The translations under genes were made by a program, and so were the position numbers. This document shows, piece by piece, positions 19,061 to 28,504 of a stretch of DNA of 64,000 nucleotides. How positions within the stretch are numbered: position 1 is the first letter of the stretch; every line of letters begins with the position of its first letter. This stretch comes from a bacterium (GTDB taxonomy: Bacteria; Hinthialibacterota; Hinthialibacteria; H5-UNCL2), in contig JABTUV010000008.1 in the NCBI GenBank assembly GCA_015075175.1, forward strand, positions 329 to 64,328, read 5' to 3'. The notes under the pieces were generated by a model. It saw only the letters and a list, made by a program, of their open reading frames with translations. It had not been told where the DNA came from and searched no databases.

Positions 19061-19160
19061 CATCCCGCGACGCCCTGTTTTCAGGGCAATCGCCGACTTC
19101 CAGCTGAAATGTTCAACGGGTGTTGGAGGCGGCCATCGGAAGTCGGCGCCCGTCCCGATC

Positions 19161-20625
19161 CTAACCCTTGCCGGGCATGGGGACCGGTTCGGTGTGCGTC
19201 GGCATGGGCGGATAGTCCGGACGCTCCAGGCCCGGCACGAGTTCTGCGATCTCCACCGGCTTGCCGGTGCGAAAGCACTCGTTGGCCGCGATGCCGATCA
19301 GGATCGAACAGGCTCCGCCCCGCTGATCCGCCGCCCGCAGGTACTTGTCCGGCTGGGGATTGGGGTTGAAGATGTCGTCCAAGAGCACCTGGTCGCCGCC
19401 GCCGTGTCCGCCCTGGCCCGTCCACACGTCCACCTGGTAGGCCGGCGCGCGCAAGGGATAGATGCGGATATACGTCCCCTCCTTCTTGATGGCGCCGGGG
19501 ACCGACCCGTCGCCGCTGATATATACCGACTCCTCCGCCTTGTGCTCGATCCGCCCCTTGGTCCCGTTGAAGACCACGAAGTAGCCCTCCACGAGTTGAA
19601 GGCGTTCAGCGAGTAACACAGCGTCACGTTGTTGTCGTAGCGGACCAAGACGTTCATCGTGTCCTCGATGGTGATGTCGGGACGGAACACGCAGCGGTCG
19701 CGGAAGTAGCCGTCGTACTTCTCCTGGTCGAAGTAGAGCGTGCGGAGCCCTCCCCGCGTGATGTCGAGATAAAACCCGCACTTCTCCTTCTCCGGGCAGG
19801 TGTGGCAGCGCTCGTGAGGGCCTTCCAGCCCGAAGCGTCGGGCCATTTCGGGCGTGTAGAACTCGCGCTTTCCCATCGCCGTCACGGTCGCGGGGACCGC
19901 CGACAACCACCAGTTGATGAGGTCGAAATGGTGCGTCGCCTTGTGCACCATCAACCCGCCCGAGTAGCGCTTCTCGCTGTGCCAGCGGCGGAAGTAGTCG
20001 GCGCCGTGGTGGGTATTCAGCATCCAGTGGAAATCGACCGAGAGAATGTCGCCGATCACGCCGCTCATCAGGAGGTCCTTGATCTGCGTGCGCGGAGGCG
20101 AGTAGCGGTAGTTGAAGGTCACGCGGCATTTCTTGCCTGTCTTCTTCTGCGTCTCAGGATGGCCCGGCACTTCTCCGCGTCGATGGTCATGGGCTTCTCG
20201 GTGATGGCGTCGCAGCCTGGCTCCATCGCCCGGATGATGTATTCATGGTGGAAGCCGTCTACCGTGGTTACGATGACGGTATCGGGGCGCGTCTCGCGGA
20301 TCATTTTGTCGAAATCGGTATGGGCGAAGATGGGGACCTTGCGTCCCAGGTTTCTCTCCGCGGAAGCTTGGGAGAGGAGGGCGCGGCCCTCGTTCTTGTC
20401 GCAGAGGCCGACCAATTCGCAGTATTGGGAGTAGCCCTTGGTGGTGGCGTCCAGGTACATGTAATGGCGGCCGCCGGTCCCCACGATGGCGTATTTCTTC
20501 CTGCCGCCGGTTGGCTGCTCCTGGGCGGAGGGCGCCGGCGCGCCCAAGACCAGCCCCGCGCCCCCCGCCGCCGACACCGCCAGGAACTCCCGCCGATCCA
20601 GGTCGTGCTCCGGTTTACGGTCCAT
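19161..20625 (-). CDS. Tat-signal Gfo/Idh/MocA family oxidoreductase, split by two apparent 1-nt deletions
   Basis: ATG at 20625 after GGAGG. Tat motif DRREFLAVSAAGGAGLVLGAPAPSA, then a Rossmann N-domain (YAIVGTGGRH). Three ORF-track pieces (20119..20730, 19298..20170, 19161..20129) join as ...AEKCRAIL/ETQKKTGKKCRVTFNYRYSPP... and ...LNAFNSW/EGYFVVFNGTKGRIEH... if one G/C is restored at about 20154-20158 and about 19587-19591. Confidence 0.8.
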
Positions 20626-20799
20626 GGTTGGCCTCCGCAGTCTCTCCGGCATGACGCGCCGCCGGCCGGCGACGCTCCTTTGGTGTACGCCTCGACGGGC
20701 GGGATGGCAACGGGTAATCGGCGCCTGCATTCACGAGTCTCCGGCGATCATGGGTATGGAGAGGGAAGATTCAACCCATAGCAAGAATAGAGGGGAAAG

Positions 20800-20883
20800 T
20801 GCCCAAGGGGGGAGTTGAACCCCCACGCGGTTGCCCGCACTAGAACCTGAATCTAGCGTGTCTGCCAATTCCACCACCTGGGC
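20800..20883 (-). tRNA. tRNA-Leu (CAG)
   Basis: Minus strand: GCCCAGGTGGTGGAATTGGCAGACACGCTAGATTCAGGTTCTAGTGCGGGCAACCGCGTGGGGGTTCAACTCCCCCCTTGGGCA. Anticodon stem CTAGA/TCTAG with loop TTCAGGT, a long variable arm (class II) and T arm GGGGG-TTCAACT-CCCCC. Confidence 0.9.
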
Positions 20884-21201
20884 ATTGACAGCGAAAATTT
20901 GGCAAAATGGTGCGCAGCTGTCAAGAGAAAACCCGCGCCTGTGGGGGGGCGGTTTGCCGCCGCCTGTTTGGACTGCGCCAGCTTGCTGGCGCGCGCAGCA
21001 CGCTGCGCAACTACGGCGAGTGATCCCCCCTCAGCCCCCCTTGTTAAGGGGGGAGCGAGACGTAATTCCTCTGTACAAGCCACCGGCCCAATCCTAACAT
21101 CACCACGGGTCGGACCGGCGCCCTGCCTGGCCGTCGGTTCCTGGTTCCGTCTTCAGGGGTCCTGTCCCCGTAATCCCGAACATCAAGGAAGGGACCAAGG
21201 C

Positions 21202-22249
21202 ATGAAAGCCATCATGGCAGTTCTAATAGGCGTCATGGTCTTGTTGTCGCCGGCGGGGATGGGCGCGGACGAGCCGCCGGTGGAGGAGCCGGTGGACCTC
21301 TCCACCGTGCACCGGCTGGCGCTCTTGCCGGTTGCGGTCAAGCTGGAGCCGGCGCGGCGGCCGCCGCGGGCCAATCCCACCATCCTGCGCAAGGAGTCGC
21401 GCGAAAAACCCCGCGCCGAGGAGGCGACCGACGCGGAGCGCCTGGAAGTGGCCAAGATGGCGGGCGAAGTGTTTCGGCAGACCTTCGCCGACTTCCTGCG
21501 CAACACCGGCTACCACCTGGTGGACTTGCCGGAAGTGGACCGGCGCGTGGCCGCGCCGGCGCCCGGCCAGGAGCTGGACGCCGTCGCCTCCGGTCGCGCC
21601 GTCGGCGCCGACGCCGTGCTCACCCTTACCGTGACCAAGGCCTCCAACGAGATCGGCGGCCTCTACTCGACCACCACGCTTTCGGTCGTGATGAGCATGG
21701 TCGTGGTTTCAACCGGACAGATCGCCTGGGAAGTGGAAGAAGAGGAGACGATCAGGAGCGGAGCCTTGCCGGGCGGCAGCCAGGTGGTGGAAATCGTGGG
21801 TTCGTTCGACCGCAGCGAGGCGGCCAAGCGGCGGGACCTGCGGCGCGTGGCGCAGGGACTGGCGCGCAAGCTGGTGCTCACCCTGCCGGACCCGCACCGC
21901 AACCTGGACGTGCCGGTCGCGCCTCCCGGCATCACGACGGCGACGGCCGTCGCGCCGAAGGATGCGGAGGCGCCCTTGATGGTGCAACTGGCGGGCGATC
22001 CGGCGCAACGGGCCTCGTTCGATTTGGCGCGCGCCGACGGAACGGTCGTCTACAGCGACCTGCCCATGAACGAGAAGGAGCTGGGCGCTACGTCGGCGTA
22101 TTCACCCCACTGGACGGGGATCCGCTGGGGCCGGAGGTGCGCGTGCGCTTGCGCTGCGCGGCGAAAATGGCCTCTGCACCCGCCGGTGGGTCTCCGACGA
22201 GTCAGGGCCGCTGACGCTCTCCTGCCGGTCTCTGGGAGTCAGGCTTTAG
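21202..22249 (+). pseudogene. exported DUF799/LpoB-like domain protein plus small beta-domain, reading frame broken at least twice
   Basis: ATG 21202 after AAGGAAGGGA, with signal peptide MKAIMAVLIGVMVLLSPAGMGA. The domain pattern LALLPV...GADAVLTLTVTK...VVVSTGQIAWE is typical of DUF799/GNA1162-like lipoproteins. After ...PMNEKEL the sensible reading continues in other frames (GRYVGVFTPLDGDPLGPEVRVRLRC, then ENGLCTRRWVSDESGPLTLS) to the TAG at 22247-22249. The family call is an inference. Confidence 0.4.
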
Positions 22250-23156
22250 CCCGCCCGCCCCACCCCGGTTTTCGCTCGCCTTCGGACAGTAAAGGCCCCA
22301 AAATCGAGTTCGCCGCCGGCTGGCCGCCCTGCCAGCCCCCGCGCGCTGGCCATTCTGCCCTTCTCCGGCAAGGACGAGGGCGCCCTGCTCCTGCGCCAGA
22401 CGCTCTTTGCCGGCCTGCTTTCCAGCCAGTTCCGGCTCGTGGACAACCTGGCGGTGGATCGCACGCTCACGCGCCTGGGCAAGCCGCTCACCGGCGGCTA
22501 CAGCCAGGAGGACCTCGTCGCCATCGCCGAGGCGCTGGGCGCCGATCTCCTCATGGCCGGCGACGTGACCAAGTGGGATCGCACCTACATGGTCCTGCAA
22601 AGCACCATCAGCACGGCTCTGGCCGTCACCCTCTACGACGGAGCGACGGGCGCGGTCGTCGCGCAGGTCGAGGACAAGAAGAGCAAATCCCGGGGCTTGG
22701 CGGGCATTCCCACCGGCATCGGGGCGGCCGGCATTGCGCCCATCACGGGCATGTCCAAACGCTTTCTGTACCGCTCGGCGTTTGACCTCACGGAATCGAT
22801 TGCGGGGGCGCTTCCTGCGCGCCCGGTTGGGAAGACGCGACGGGGAGCGGTGGAGGCATCAAGAGCGTCACGCAGCGGCGCTGATCCGGCCAGACTGGTG
22901 CCCGGCGACACGATCGAGGTCAAGCTGGGCGCCCGCGGGCGGGCGCGCCTACCAGCGTGGGCGAGGTTTGGTCGTTTCTGCCCATGCGCGAGACCGCGCC
23001 GGAGTCTACGTCGGCGCTTACCAGCCGCGCGTGGGCGACTACCTGTCGGACGATCCGGTGGAAGTTGTGCACGTCATGGACGGCTGGAAACGTTCAACGC
23101 GAGTCCTGACCCACCCACACTCTCGACGGCGACGGCCGGCCGGTAGACGACTATGA
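22250..23156 (+). pseudogene. second DUF799/LpoB-like paralog plus beta-domain, start not found, several frame breaks
   Basis: The frame of ORF 22439..23146 is open from 22250 and reads ...PRALAILPFSGKDEGALLLRQTLFAGLLSSQFRLVDNLAVDRTLTRLG...GADLLMAGDVTKWDRTYMVLQSTISTALAVTLYDGATGAVV (DUF799 pattern). The C-terminal domain is scattered over three frames (LVPGDTIEVKLGA / SVGEVWSFLPMRETAP / GVYVGAYQPRVGDYLSDDPVEVVHVMDG). There is no in-frame start codon with a signal peptide. Confidence 0.35.
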
Positions 23157-23630
23157 AAACCATCGCCATCGTGCTCGTCCTTGCCCTTGTCGGCCTCGCC
23201 TCGGCCCAACCCGCGAGCGCCGAGAAGGCCTCGCCGCCGCTGGAAGTGGACTTGAGGCTGGAGTTGCCGCAGCGTTTTCCGGGGACTGCGACGGCGACGC
23301 TCTTGGCGGTCTGCCGCGTCGAGGCGGGATCGCTGACCCCTGCAACTGGACCTGCCGGCGGCCTATCGCTGGATCGCCGGCGCCACGCGCTTGGCCGATC
23401 CGCCCATCCTCTCGGCCACGCATCCATTGGTCGTGGCGTTCCGGGTCGAGGCGCCGACGCGCGAGGCGATCGTGGGCTGGGCCAGGCTGGAGGCGCCCGG
23501 AGGCTGTCGGTGCGGCGCAGCGCGCAGATCTCCTCCTGCCGCCGGACGACCCATCTACCGCCGAGCCTTCCAGGGCGCCTTCCAGGAAAAGGACGGCGTG
23601 CCTGCTATCCGGCCGCACGCGCCTGGCGCC
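23153..23630 (+). CDS. small secreted hypothetical protein, frame-disrupted; C-terminal end uncertain
   Basis: ATG 23153 overlaps the preceding TGA (ATGA). The signal peptide MKTIAIVLVLALVGLASAQPASA is clear. After about 23340 the plausible reading (LQLDLPAAYRWIAGATRLADPPILSATHPLVVAFRVEAPTREAIVGWARLEAPGG) is in another frame. Confidence 0.3.
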
Positions 23631-23748
23631 GTAGGGTGCGCACCGCGCACCGTGCATCGCCGCGGCCCGTGGTGCGCGGGGCGCACCCTACCGCATGAAC
23701 TGCATCGCCGCGGCCCGTGGTGCGCGGTGCGCACCCTACCGCATGAAC
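23631..23748. repeat. GTAGGGTGCGCACC-type hairpin followed by two 48-nt tandem units
   Basis: GTAGGGTGCGCACCGCGCACC lies at 23631-23651. The unit TGCATCGCCGCGGCCCGTGGTGCGCGG[GT]GCGCACCCTACCGCATGAAC[TA] occurs at 23653-23700 and 23701-23748. The second unit contains the stop codon (23736-23738) and the last codons of the antiporter gene. Confidence 0.85.
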
Positions 23749-25172
23749 AGCCACGTCACGAGCAGAAACAGCGGAACCAGAATCCCGATGCTGTACAGCA
23801 TGTAGCCGAAGAAGCTGGGCATCTTGATCCCACTGTACTCGGCGATGGACTTGACCATGAAGTTGGGACCGTTGCCGATGTAGGTGTTGGCGCCCATGAA
23901 TACGGAACCCAGCGAAATGGCGACCAACAGTTCCATGGAAATCCGGCCGGTCGCCGTGGCCAGGCCGCTGATGACGTGCTGGCCCGTGTCCAAGGACAGC
24001 GCGCCCGCGGTTTCAAAAAAAACCACGTAGGTGGGGGCGTTGTCCAAGAAGCTGGACAGCGTGCCGGTCGCCCAGAAGAACTGCCAGGGCCGATGCAGTC
24101 CCAGCTCCGGTCCCTTGGCCTGGAGAATTTCGATGGGCACCTGCATGGTGATGAAGATGCCGATGAAGAGGGCGGCGACCTCGCCGATGGCGACGAAGTT
24201 GAAGCGGTTGGCCTCGCGCACCGCGCGCGGCGTCAACTTGAGCGAGAGCGCCGCCAATAGAATCTGCACCTGCTCGCGGAAGAACCAGCCGTGCGGCACC
24301 ACCCACGACGTGCCCGGCAGGGTCTTGCCCGGTACCAGCAGCGCCACCGCCAGAATGACGCCCACCAGGAGCAGGAAGTTGAACTTGCCGCGCAGCGACA
24401 GGGGCACGATGGTGGTCTCGTCGCGCACCACGTCGCGGATCGCCTCCCGCCGGTAGGCCAGCTTGTCCCAGACGTAATAGACGAGCAGTAGAATCAGCAC
24501 CATGAAGGCCCATTCCATCCAGAGATTGAGCGTCCAGAGAAAGGGCACGCCCCGCAGGTAGCCCAGAAACAGCGGCGGATCGCCGATGGGCAGAAGCGAA
24601 CCGCCGATGTTGGCCACGAGAAAAATGAAAAAGACTACCGTGTGCGTGACGTGCTTGCGCTCGCTGTTGATCTGCAGCAGGGGCCGGATCAGCAACATGG
24701 CCGCGCCGGTCGTACCCACGACACTGGCCAGGAGCGCCCCCAGGAGCAGAAACACGCAGTTGGTCAGGGGATGCGCGGGCAGGTCGCCGCGCAGGTTGAT
24801 CCCGCCCGAAATCGTGTACAGCGAAAACAGCAGCACGATGAAGGGAACAAAGTCGTCCAAAACGGCGTGCTTGAGCACCAATCCGACCGACGAGAGGCCC
24901 GCCTCGGCGGAATGAAACCCGAAGCCGCGAAACAAGTAATACAAGAGCGTCACCGCCGCCAGCGACAGGGCGACCAGGAGCTTGTTCCGGTTGTGCTCCC
25001 ACCAATGATGCGTGCGGGGCAGGAGGGGAAGGACGGCGATGGCCAATAGCAGGGCGACGAAGGGCCAGCTCCAGAAGAGGGAGGGCAGCACGTGCTCGCC
25101 GGTGTGGACCTCCGCCGCGCCGTGCCCGCCGGCCTGCACCAAGAGAGCGCCGGTGGTGTCTAGGGGCGCCAT
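23736..25172 (-). CDS. NhaD/ArsB-superfamily sodium:proton antiporter-like permease
   Basis: 478-aa polytopic ORF. The N-terminal FVALLLAIAVLPLLPRTHHWWEHNRNKLLVALSL matches what I recall of the 'sodium:proton antiporter' (citrate-transporter-like) family. Confidence 0.65.
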   Translation of the reverse strand: MAPLDTTGALLVQAGGHGAAEVHTGEHVLPSLFWSWPFVALLLAIAVLPLLPRTHHWWEHNRNKLLVALSLAAVTLLYYLFRGFGFHSAEAGLSSVGLVLKHAVLDDFVPFIVLLFSLYTISGGINLRGDLPAHPLTNCVFLLLGALLASVVGTTGAAMLLIRPLLQINSERKHVTHTVVFFIFLVANIGGSLLPIGDPPLFLGYLRGVPFLWTLNLWMEWAFMVLILLLVYYVWDKLAYRREAIRDVVRDETTIVPLSLRGKFNFLLLVGVILAVALLVPGKTLPGTSWVVPHGWFFREQVQILLAALSLKLTPRAVREANRFNFVAIGEVAALFIGIFITMQVPIEILQAKGPELGLHRPWQFFWATGTLSSFLDNAPTYVVFFETAGALSLDTGQHVISGLATATGRISMELLVAISLGSVFMGANTYIGNGPNFMVKSIAEYSGIKMPSFFGYMLYSIGILVPLFLLVTWLFMR

Positions 25173-25296
25173 GAGGGCTCCTTAAGTCGTAATGAAAAAC
25201 GCCGGCCGTGCTGCGGACTGAAGTTTGTACTCCCCAGTACAGGCTTCAGCCTGTCTGCGAACTGAAGTTTGTACTCCCATTTCCACTCCGGGCCGG

Positions 25297-26279
25297 TCAG
25301 AAAAACTCCACCCGCTGGCCGCGGATCTCGATGATCGCGGACGCCTTGAGTTCGTCCAGGATCTTCTTGTACTGCTGCTCCATCTTGTGCGCGCGCACCA
25401 GATCAGGGAGGCCGCGGCGGTCCAGCACGCGATAGATGCGCACGGCGCCGCCCTGCCGCAGCGGCGGGCTGGTATAGCCCGGCTGCTGGTCGAAAAGGAA
25501 GTCCAGCATGGGCACGTCGCCGCGGGACACGTCGCCCAAGTCGCCGCCGGAATCGCGGCTGGGATGGGTGCTGTGTTCGGCGGCGAGGCGGAGAAGTCGT
25601 CGCCCGCGTCCAGCCGCGCGGCGAGCGTGCGCGCCTTCAGCATCACGCTCTCCTCCTGCTCGGGCGTGGCGCCCTCGGGAATCGACAGTTGGATCAGTCC
25701 GATGCGCGTTTTGTCGCGCTCCGCTGCGGCGGTGGGATTCTCCGCCTTGAACTTCTCCACGTCGGAGGCCGTGACCACGATCCCCTCCACCATGCGCCGC
25801 TGCATGCGCGTGATGATGGCGTTGCGCCGCAGCGTCTCCGCCAGGTCGGCGCGATACGCCTCCGGCGACAGCCGCGAGCGTTCCAGATACTTCCAGAACT
25901 CCTCCTCGCTGGGAAAGCGCGCCTTGGCGGCGGCCACCATCCGGTCCACCTGCGCGGCCAATTGCTCGTCGGGGAAGACGATGTTCTCCTTCTGCGCCAG
26001 TTGCAGGATGAGCAGGTCCTCGACCATCTGCCGCAGCACCGCCTGGCGCAGCTCGCTGTTGGGCTCGCGCGACAGCTCCATCGCCGCGAGCCGCACGCGG
26101 TCCTCGTACTCGCGATGGGTGATCACGTCGTCGTTGACGCGCGCCTCGATCCAGTCGACCATCTGCGCGCCCGCGTCGCGATGCTTCTTGACCGTCTCTT
26201 CCAAGCCGGCCGCGGCGGGCGCGCAAAAGAGCAGCCCGCATACAAGGAGACCGGCCGCGACCCTGGCGGTACCATCCAT
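25297..26279 (-). CDS. SurA-like chaperone / parvulin-type peptidyl-prolyl isomerase, one apparent 1-nt deletion near 25585-25595
   Basis: Start MDGTARVAAGLLVCGLLFCAPAAAG acts as a signal peptide. The SurA_N-like helical region is in ORF 25182..26456. The parvulin domain (LAAEHSTHPSRDSGGDLGDVSRGDVPMLDFLFDQQPGYTSPPLRQGGAVRIYRVLDRR) is in ORF 25297..26241. Restoring one C in TTCTCCGCC (to TTCTCCCGCC) joins DDFS to RLAAEHS. Confidence 0.75.
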
Positions 26280-26391
26280 GAGCGACTCCGTAACGATGAT
26301 CGGGCCTTGCGTGACGGCTTGGCCCAAGTGCGCCGAATATAGCATAAGCGACGGGGGGGAAAAGCGGTTTTTCACCGGCGAGCGCGCGGCT

Positions 26392-26973
26392 TCAGCGCTC
26401 GTCGTCGAGCGGCAGGTCGGCCTCAATGACCACGGGTTGCGCCCGCAGCACTTCACCCCGACAGAGGTAGCGATCCCCGCCCAGATGGTGGAACCATGCC
26501 GCCGACTCGGGGCGCCACTCCTCTCCGAAGGCCTCGTCGTCGACTTCCGCGGAGACGACCTGGACCACGAAATGGCGGTCGCCGCCGACGAGCCGGCTCT
26601 CGCGCACCTCGCACTCCAGGCTGGCCAGGGCGCCGACGGGCACGAAGGGAGCGACGCACCGGCTGCCGCGTAGGAGCAGTCTCAAGCGTCGCAGCTTGTC
26701 GCAATCCCGTCCCGACACGATCCCCGCGTCGTGCACCTCGGACAGGAGCGACACGTCCGGCACGCACAGAATGCACTCGCCCGATTGCCGCACCAGGTGG
26801 CAGGACATGGAGCTGGGAGCCAGGCTGAACCCGATCAGGGTGGGCGCTTGCGACAGGAGGGCGTAGCGCGTCAGCGGGGCCAGGTTGGAGCGTCGCTCGT
26901 GGCGGCTGGAAAGCAACAGCACCGGGCACGGTCGCAGCACGCGCGCGGTCCACTCGACGGGAATCTCTCTCAT
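26392..26973 (-). CDS. flavin reductase-like (FMN-binding split-barrel) domain protein
   Basis: 193-aa ORF with the pattern PVLLLSSRHERRSNLAPLTRYALLSQAPTLIGFSL...SGECILCVPD...SGRDCDK typical of the Flavin_Reduct domain. Confidence 0.65.
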   Translation of the reverse strand: MREIPVEWTARVLRPCPVLLLSSRHERRSNLAPLTRYALLSQAPTLIGFSLAPSSMSCHLVRQSGECILCVPDVSLLSEVHDAGIVSGRDCDKLRRLRLLLRGSRCVAPFVPVGALASLECEVRESRLVGGDRHFVVQVVSAEVDDEAFGEEWRPESAAWFHHLGGDRYLCRGEVLRAQPVVIEADLPLDDER

Positions 26974-27001
26974 GGCGTCTCATCGCCCGGCTGATGCCGC
27001 A

Positions 27002-28498
27002 TCAGGCGCCCTCCGGCAAATTCGAGAGCACCAGGTCGCCGTCCCAACTCAACATGGACCAGGGTTCGGAGGCCGGTCGACCGTCGAAGGCGCCGTCCGG
27101 TCCGGGACTCCACAACCGATAGCCGGAGAGCACGCGCTGGTAGGCAAAGGGGCCGCCGGTGAAGGGATCCATGGGCAGGACGTGAAAGTAGCGGCGTGCC
27201 AACTCGGCGGGATGTGCGGGATAGAAGCCGTAGCGGGCATGAAAGTGGCCGAGAGCCGCGTCGAGATGGACAATGCGGGCGACGGCGCGGGCCATGCGCA
27301 AGGGGGCGACCGCGTCAGGGGGCAGGAGACCCTCGTCTTGGCGCGGACAATAGCGGTAGAGGGTGCTGAGGACGACCATCTCGGGACGGCGGGGATCGCG
27401 GCGGTCGCGCAGTTGGCGGTAGAGGGTGAAGGCGTCGCGGGCGGCCAGCCAGGCGGCGCGCGCGGCCGCCTCGCGCTCCTCGAAGGGCGCCAGCATCTGC
27501 GCGTAGGAGAGCGCCGTCAATTCGTCCAGGAGCAGTTGCAGCGCGCTCCGCGGATCGCCCTCGGCCAACGCGGCGCGCGCCGACAGGCGCCAGTAGGCGG
27601 CCAGCGGCTCGATTCCCATCGCGTCCCAACCCGCCGAGAGGCGCGGCGTGAAGGGATTGTCGGGCGCAAAACTCGGCAGCGCCCAGCGGCCGGCCCGCCC
27701 CACCGCCGCCAGCTCCTGTCGCACCGGCCCGCCGGCGGACAGGAGCGGCCGGTACAAGTCCTCCACCGGCCGTTCCAGAGGCCCGGTGTCCAGAACGATT
27801 CCCGCCAGGAGCTCCATTTGGGGAATGGCACGCAGATGGGTCCAGGCGCGATGCCAGTGGGTCATGGCGTTGTCGGGTCCGAAAACGAGGGCGAGGTCGG
27901 CGACCTCGATCTCGCCATTCAAGCCGGGAAGCAGCGTCGCAAAGCGCGCCAGGAGGGCGGGATCGGCGGTGAGATCGACGGCGCCCTCCCAGGGAAAGGC
28001 ATCGATGCGGCGCGGTTCGCCGTAGTCGGGCGGCGGCAGGCTGGCAAACAGCGCCTGGGCGCGCGCCCGCGCGCCTCTCGTCCAGGCCACGCGCCGCGCC
28101 AGGTCCGCCGCCGTTCGCACAAAAACCACGGGCGAGTAGTAGCGCACGGTGTAGGTCCGCTGCGGCGAAAGCCCGTCCACTTGCGCCGGCCGGCCCGCCA
28201 AGCTGTCAAAATAGACGCGCAACCATTGTTCGCTTTGCGGTGAAACCGCAAACTCGAACTCGCCCGTCTCCGCCCACCAGCGCCAGCCGGAGATGCGTGA
28301 CATCGAGTTGGCGTAGACTCCCAGTTGTCCGTGCAGGTGGTTCAGGAGGAACTGCGTGTAATAGGCGCGGTCGGCGGGGCGCATACCCGCCGCCTCGCGG
28401 TTGGGGGGAATGGCGGTCGTCGAGAGCTTCAACGCCGCCGGCGCGGGGAGCGTGAGGAGAAAAAAAAGCAGGACGCCGGAACCCATGCGCGCGGCCAT
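27002..28498 (-). CDS. secreted hypothetical protein with GspG-like C-terminal motif
   Basis: 498-aa ORF starting 7 nt after the mfd stop. Signal peptide MAARMGSGVLLFFLLTLPAPAA. The C-terminus MDPFTGGPFAYQRVLSGYRLWSPGPDGAFDG resembles the DPWG-x-Y-x-Y...S-x-G-x-DG end of type II secretion major pseudopilins. I recognise no other family in it. Confidence 0.5.
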   Translation of the reverse strand: MAARMGSGVLLFFLLTLPAPAALKLSTTAIPPNREAAGMRPADRAYYTQFLLNHLHGQLGVYANSMSRISGWRWWAETGEFEFAVSPQSEQWLRVYFDSLAGRPAQVDGLSPQRTYTVRYYSPVVFVRTAADLARRVAWTRGARARAQALFASLPPPDYGEPRRIDAFPWEGAVDLTADPALLARFATLLPGLNGEIEVADLALVFGPDNAMTHWHRAWTHLRAIPQMELLAGIVLDTGPLERPVEDLYRPLLSAGGPVRQELAAVGRAGRWALPSFAPDNPFTPRLSAGWDAMGIEPLAAYWRLSARAALAEGDPRSALQLLLDELTALSYAQMLAPFEEREAAARAAWLAARDAFTLYRQLRDRRDPRRPEMVVLSTLYRYCPRQDEGLLPPDAVAPLRMARAVARIVHLDAALGHFHARYGFYPAHPAELARRYFHVLPMDPFTGGPFAYQRVLSGYRLWSPGPDGAFDGRPASEPWSMLSWDGDLVLSNLPEGA

Positions 28499-28504
28499 GA
28501 ACCG

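Noticed and set aside
20896-20924. Sigma70-type promoter for tRNA-Leu (TTGACA on the minus strand at 20919-20924, then CAAATT after a 17-nt spacer)
   Set aside because: The -35 box is perfect but the -10 box matches only 3 of 6 positions. Without TSS data this is speculation.
20899-22785. 628-aa ORF as a single protein
   Set aside because: - Its first 100 codons run through the tRNA-Leu flank and dispersed repeats.
- Its last ~230 codons are Arg/Gly/Pro-rich out-of-frame reading of the second lipoprotein gene.
- Only the middle part (from ATG 21202) looks genuine.
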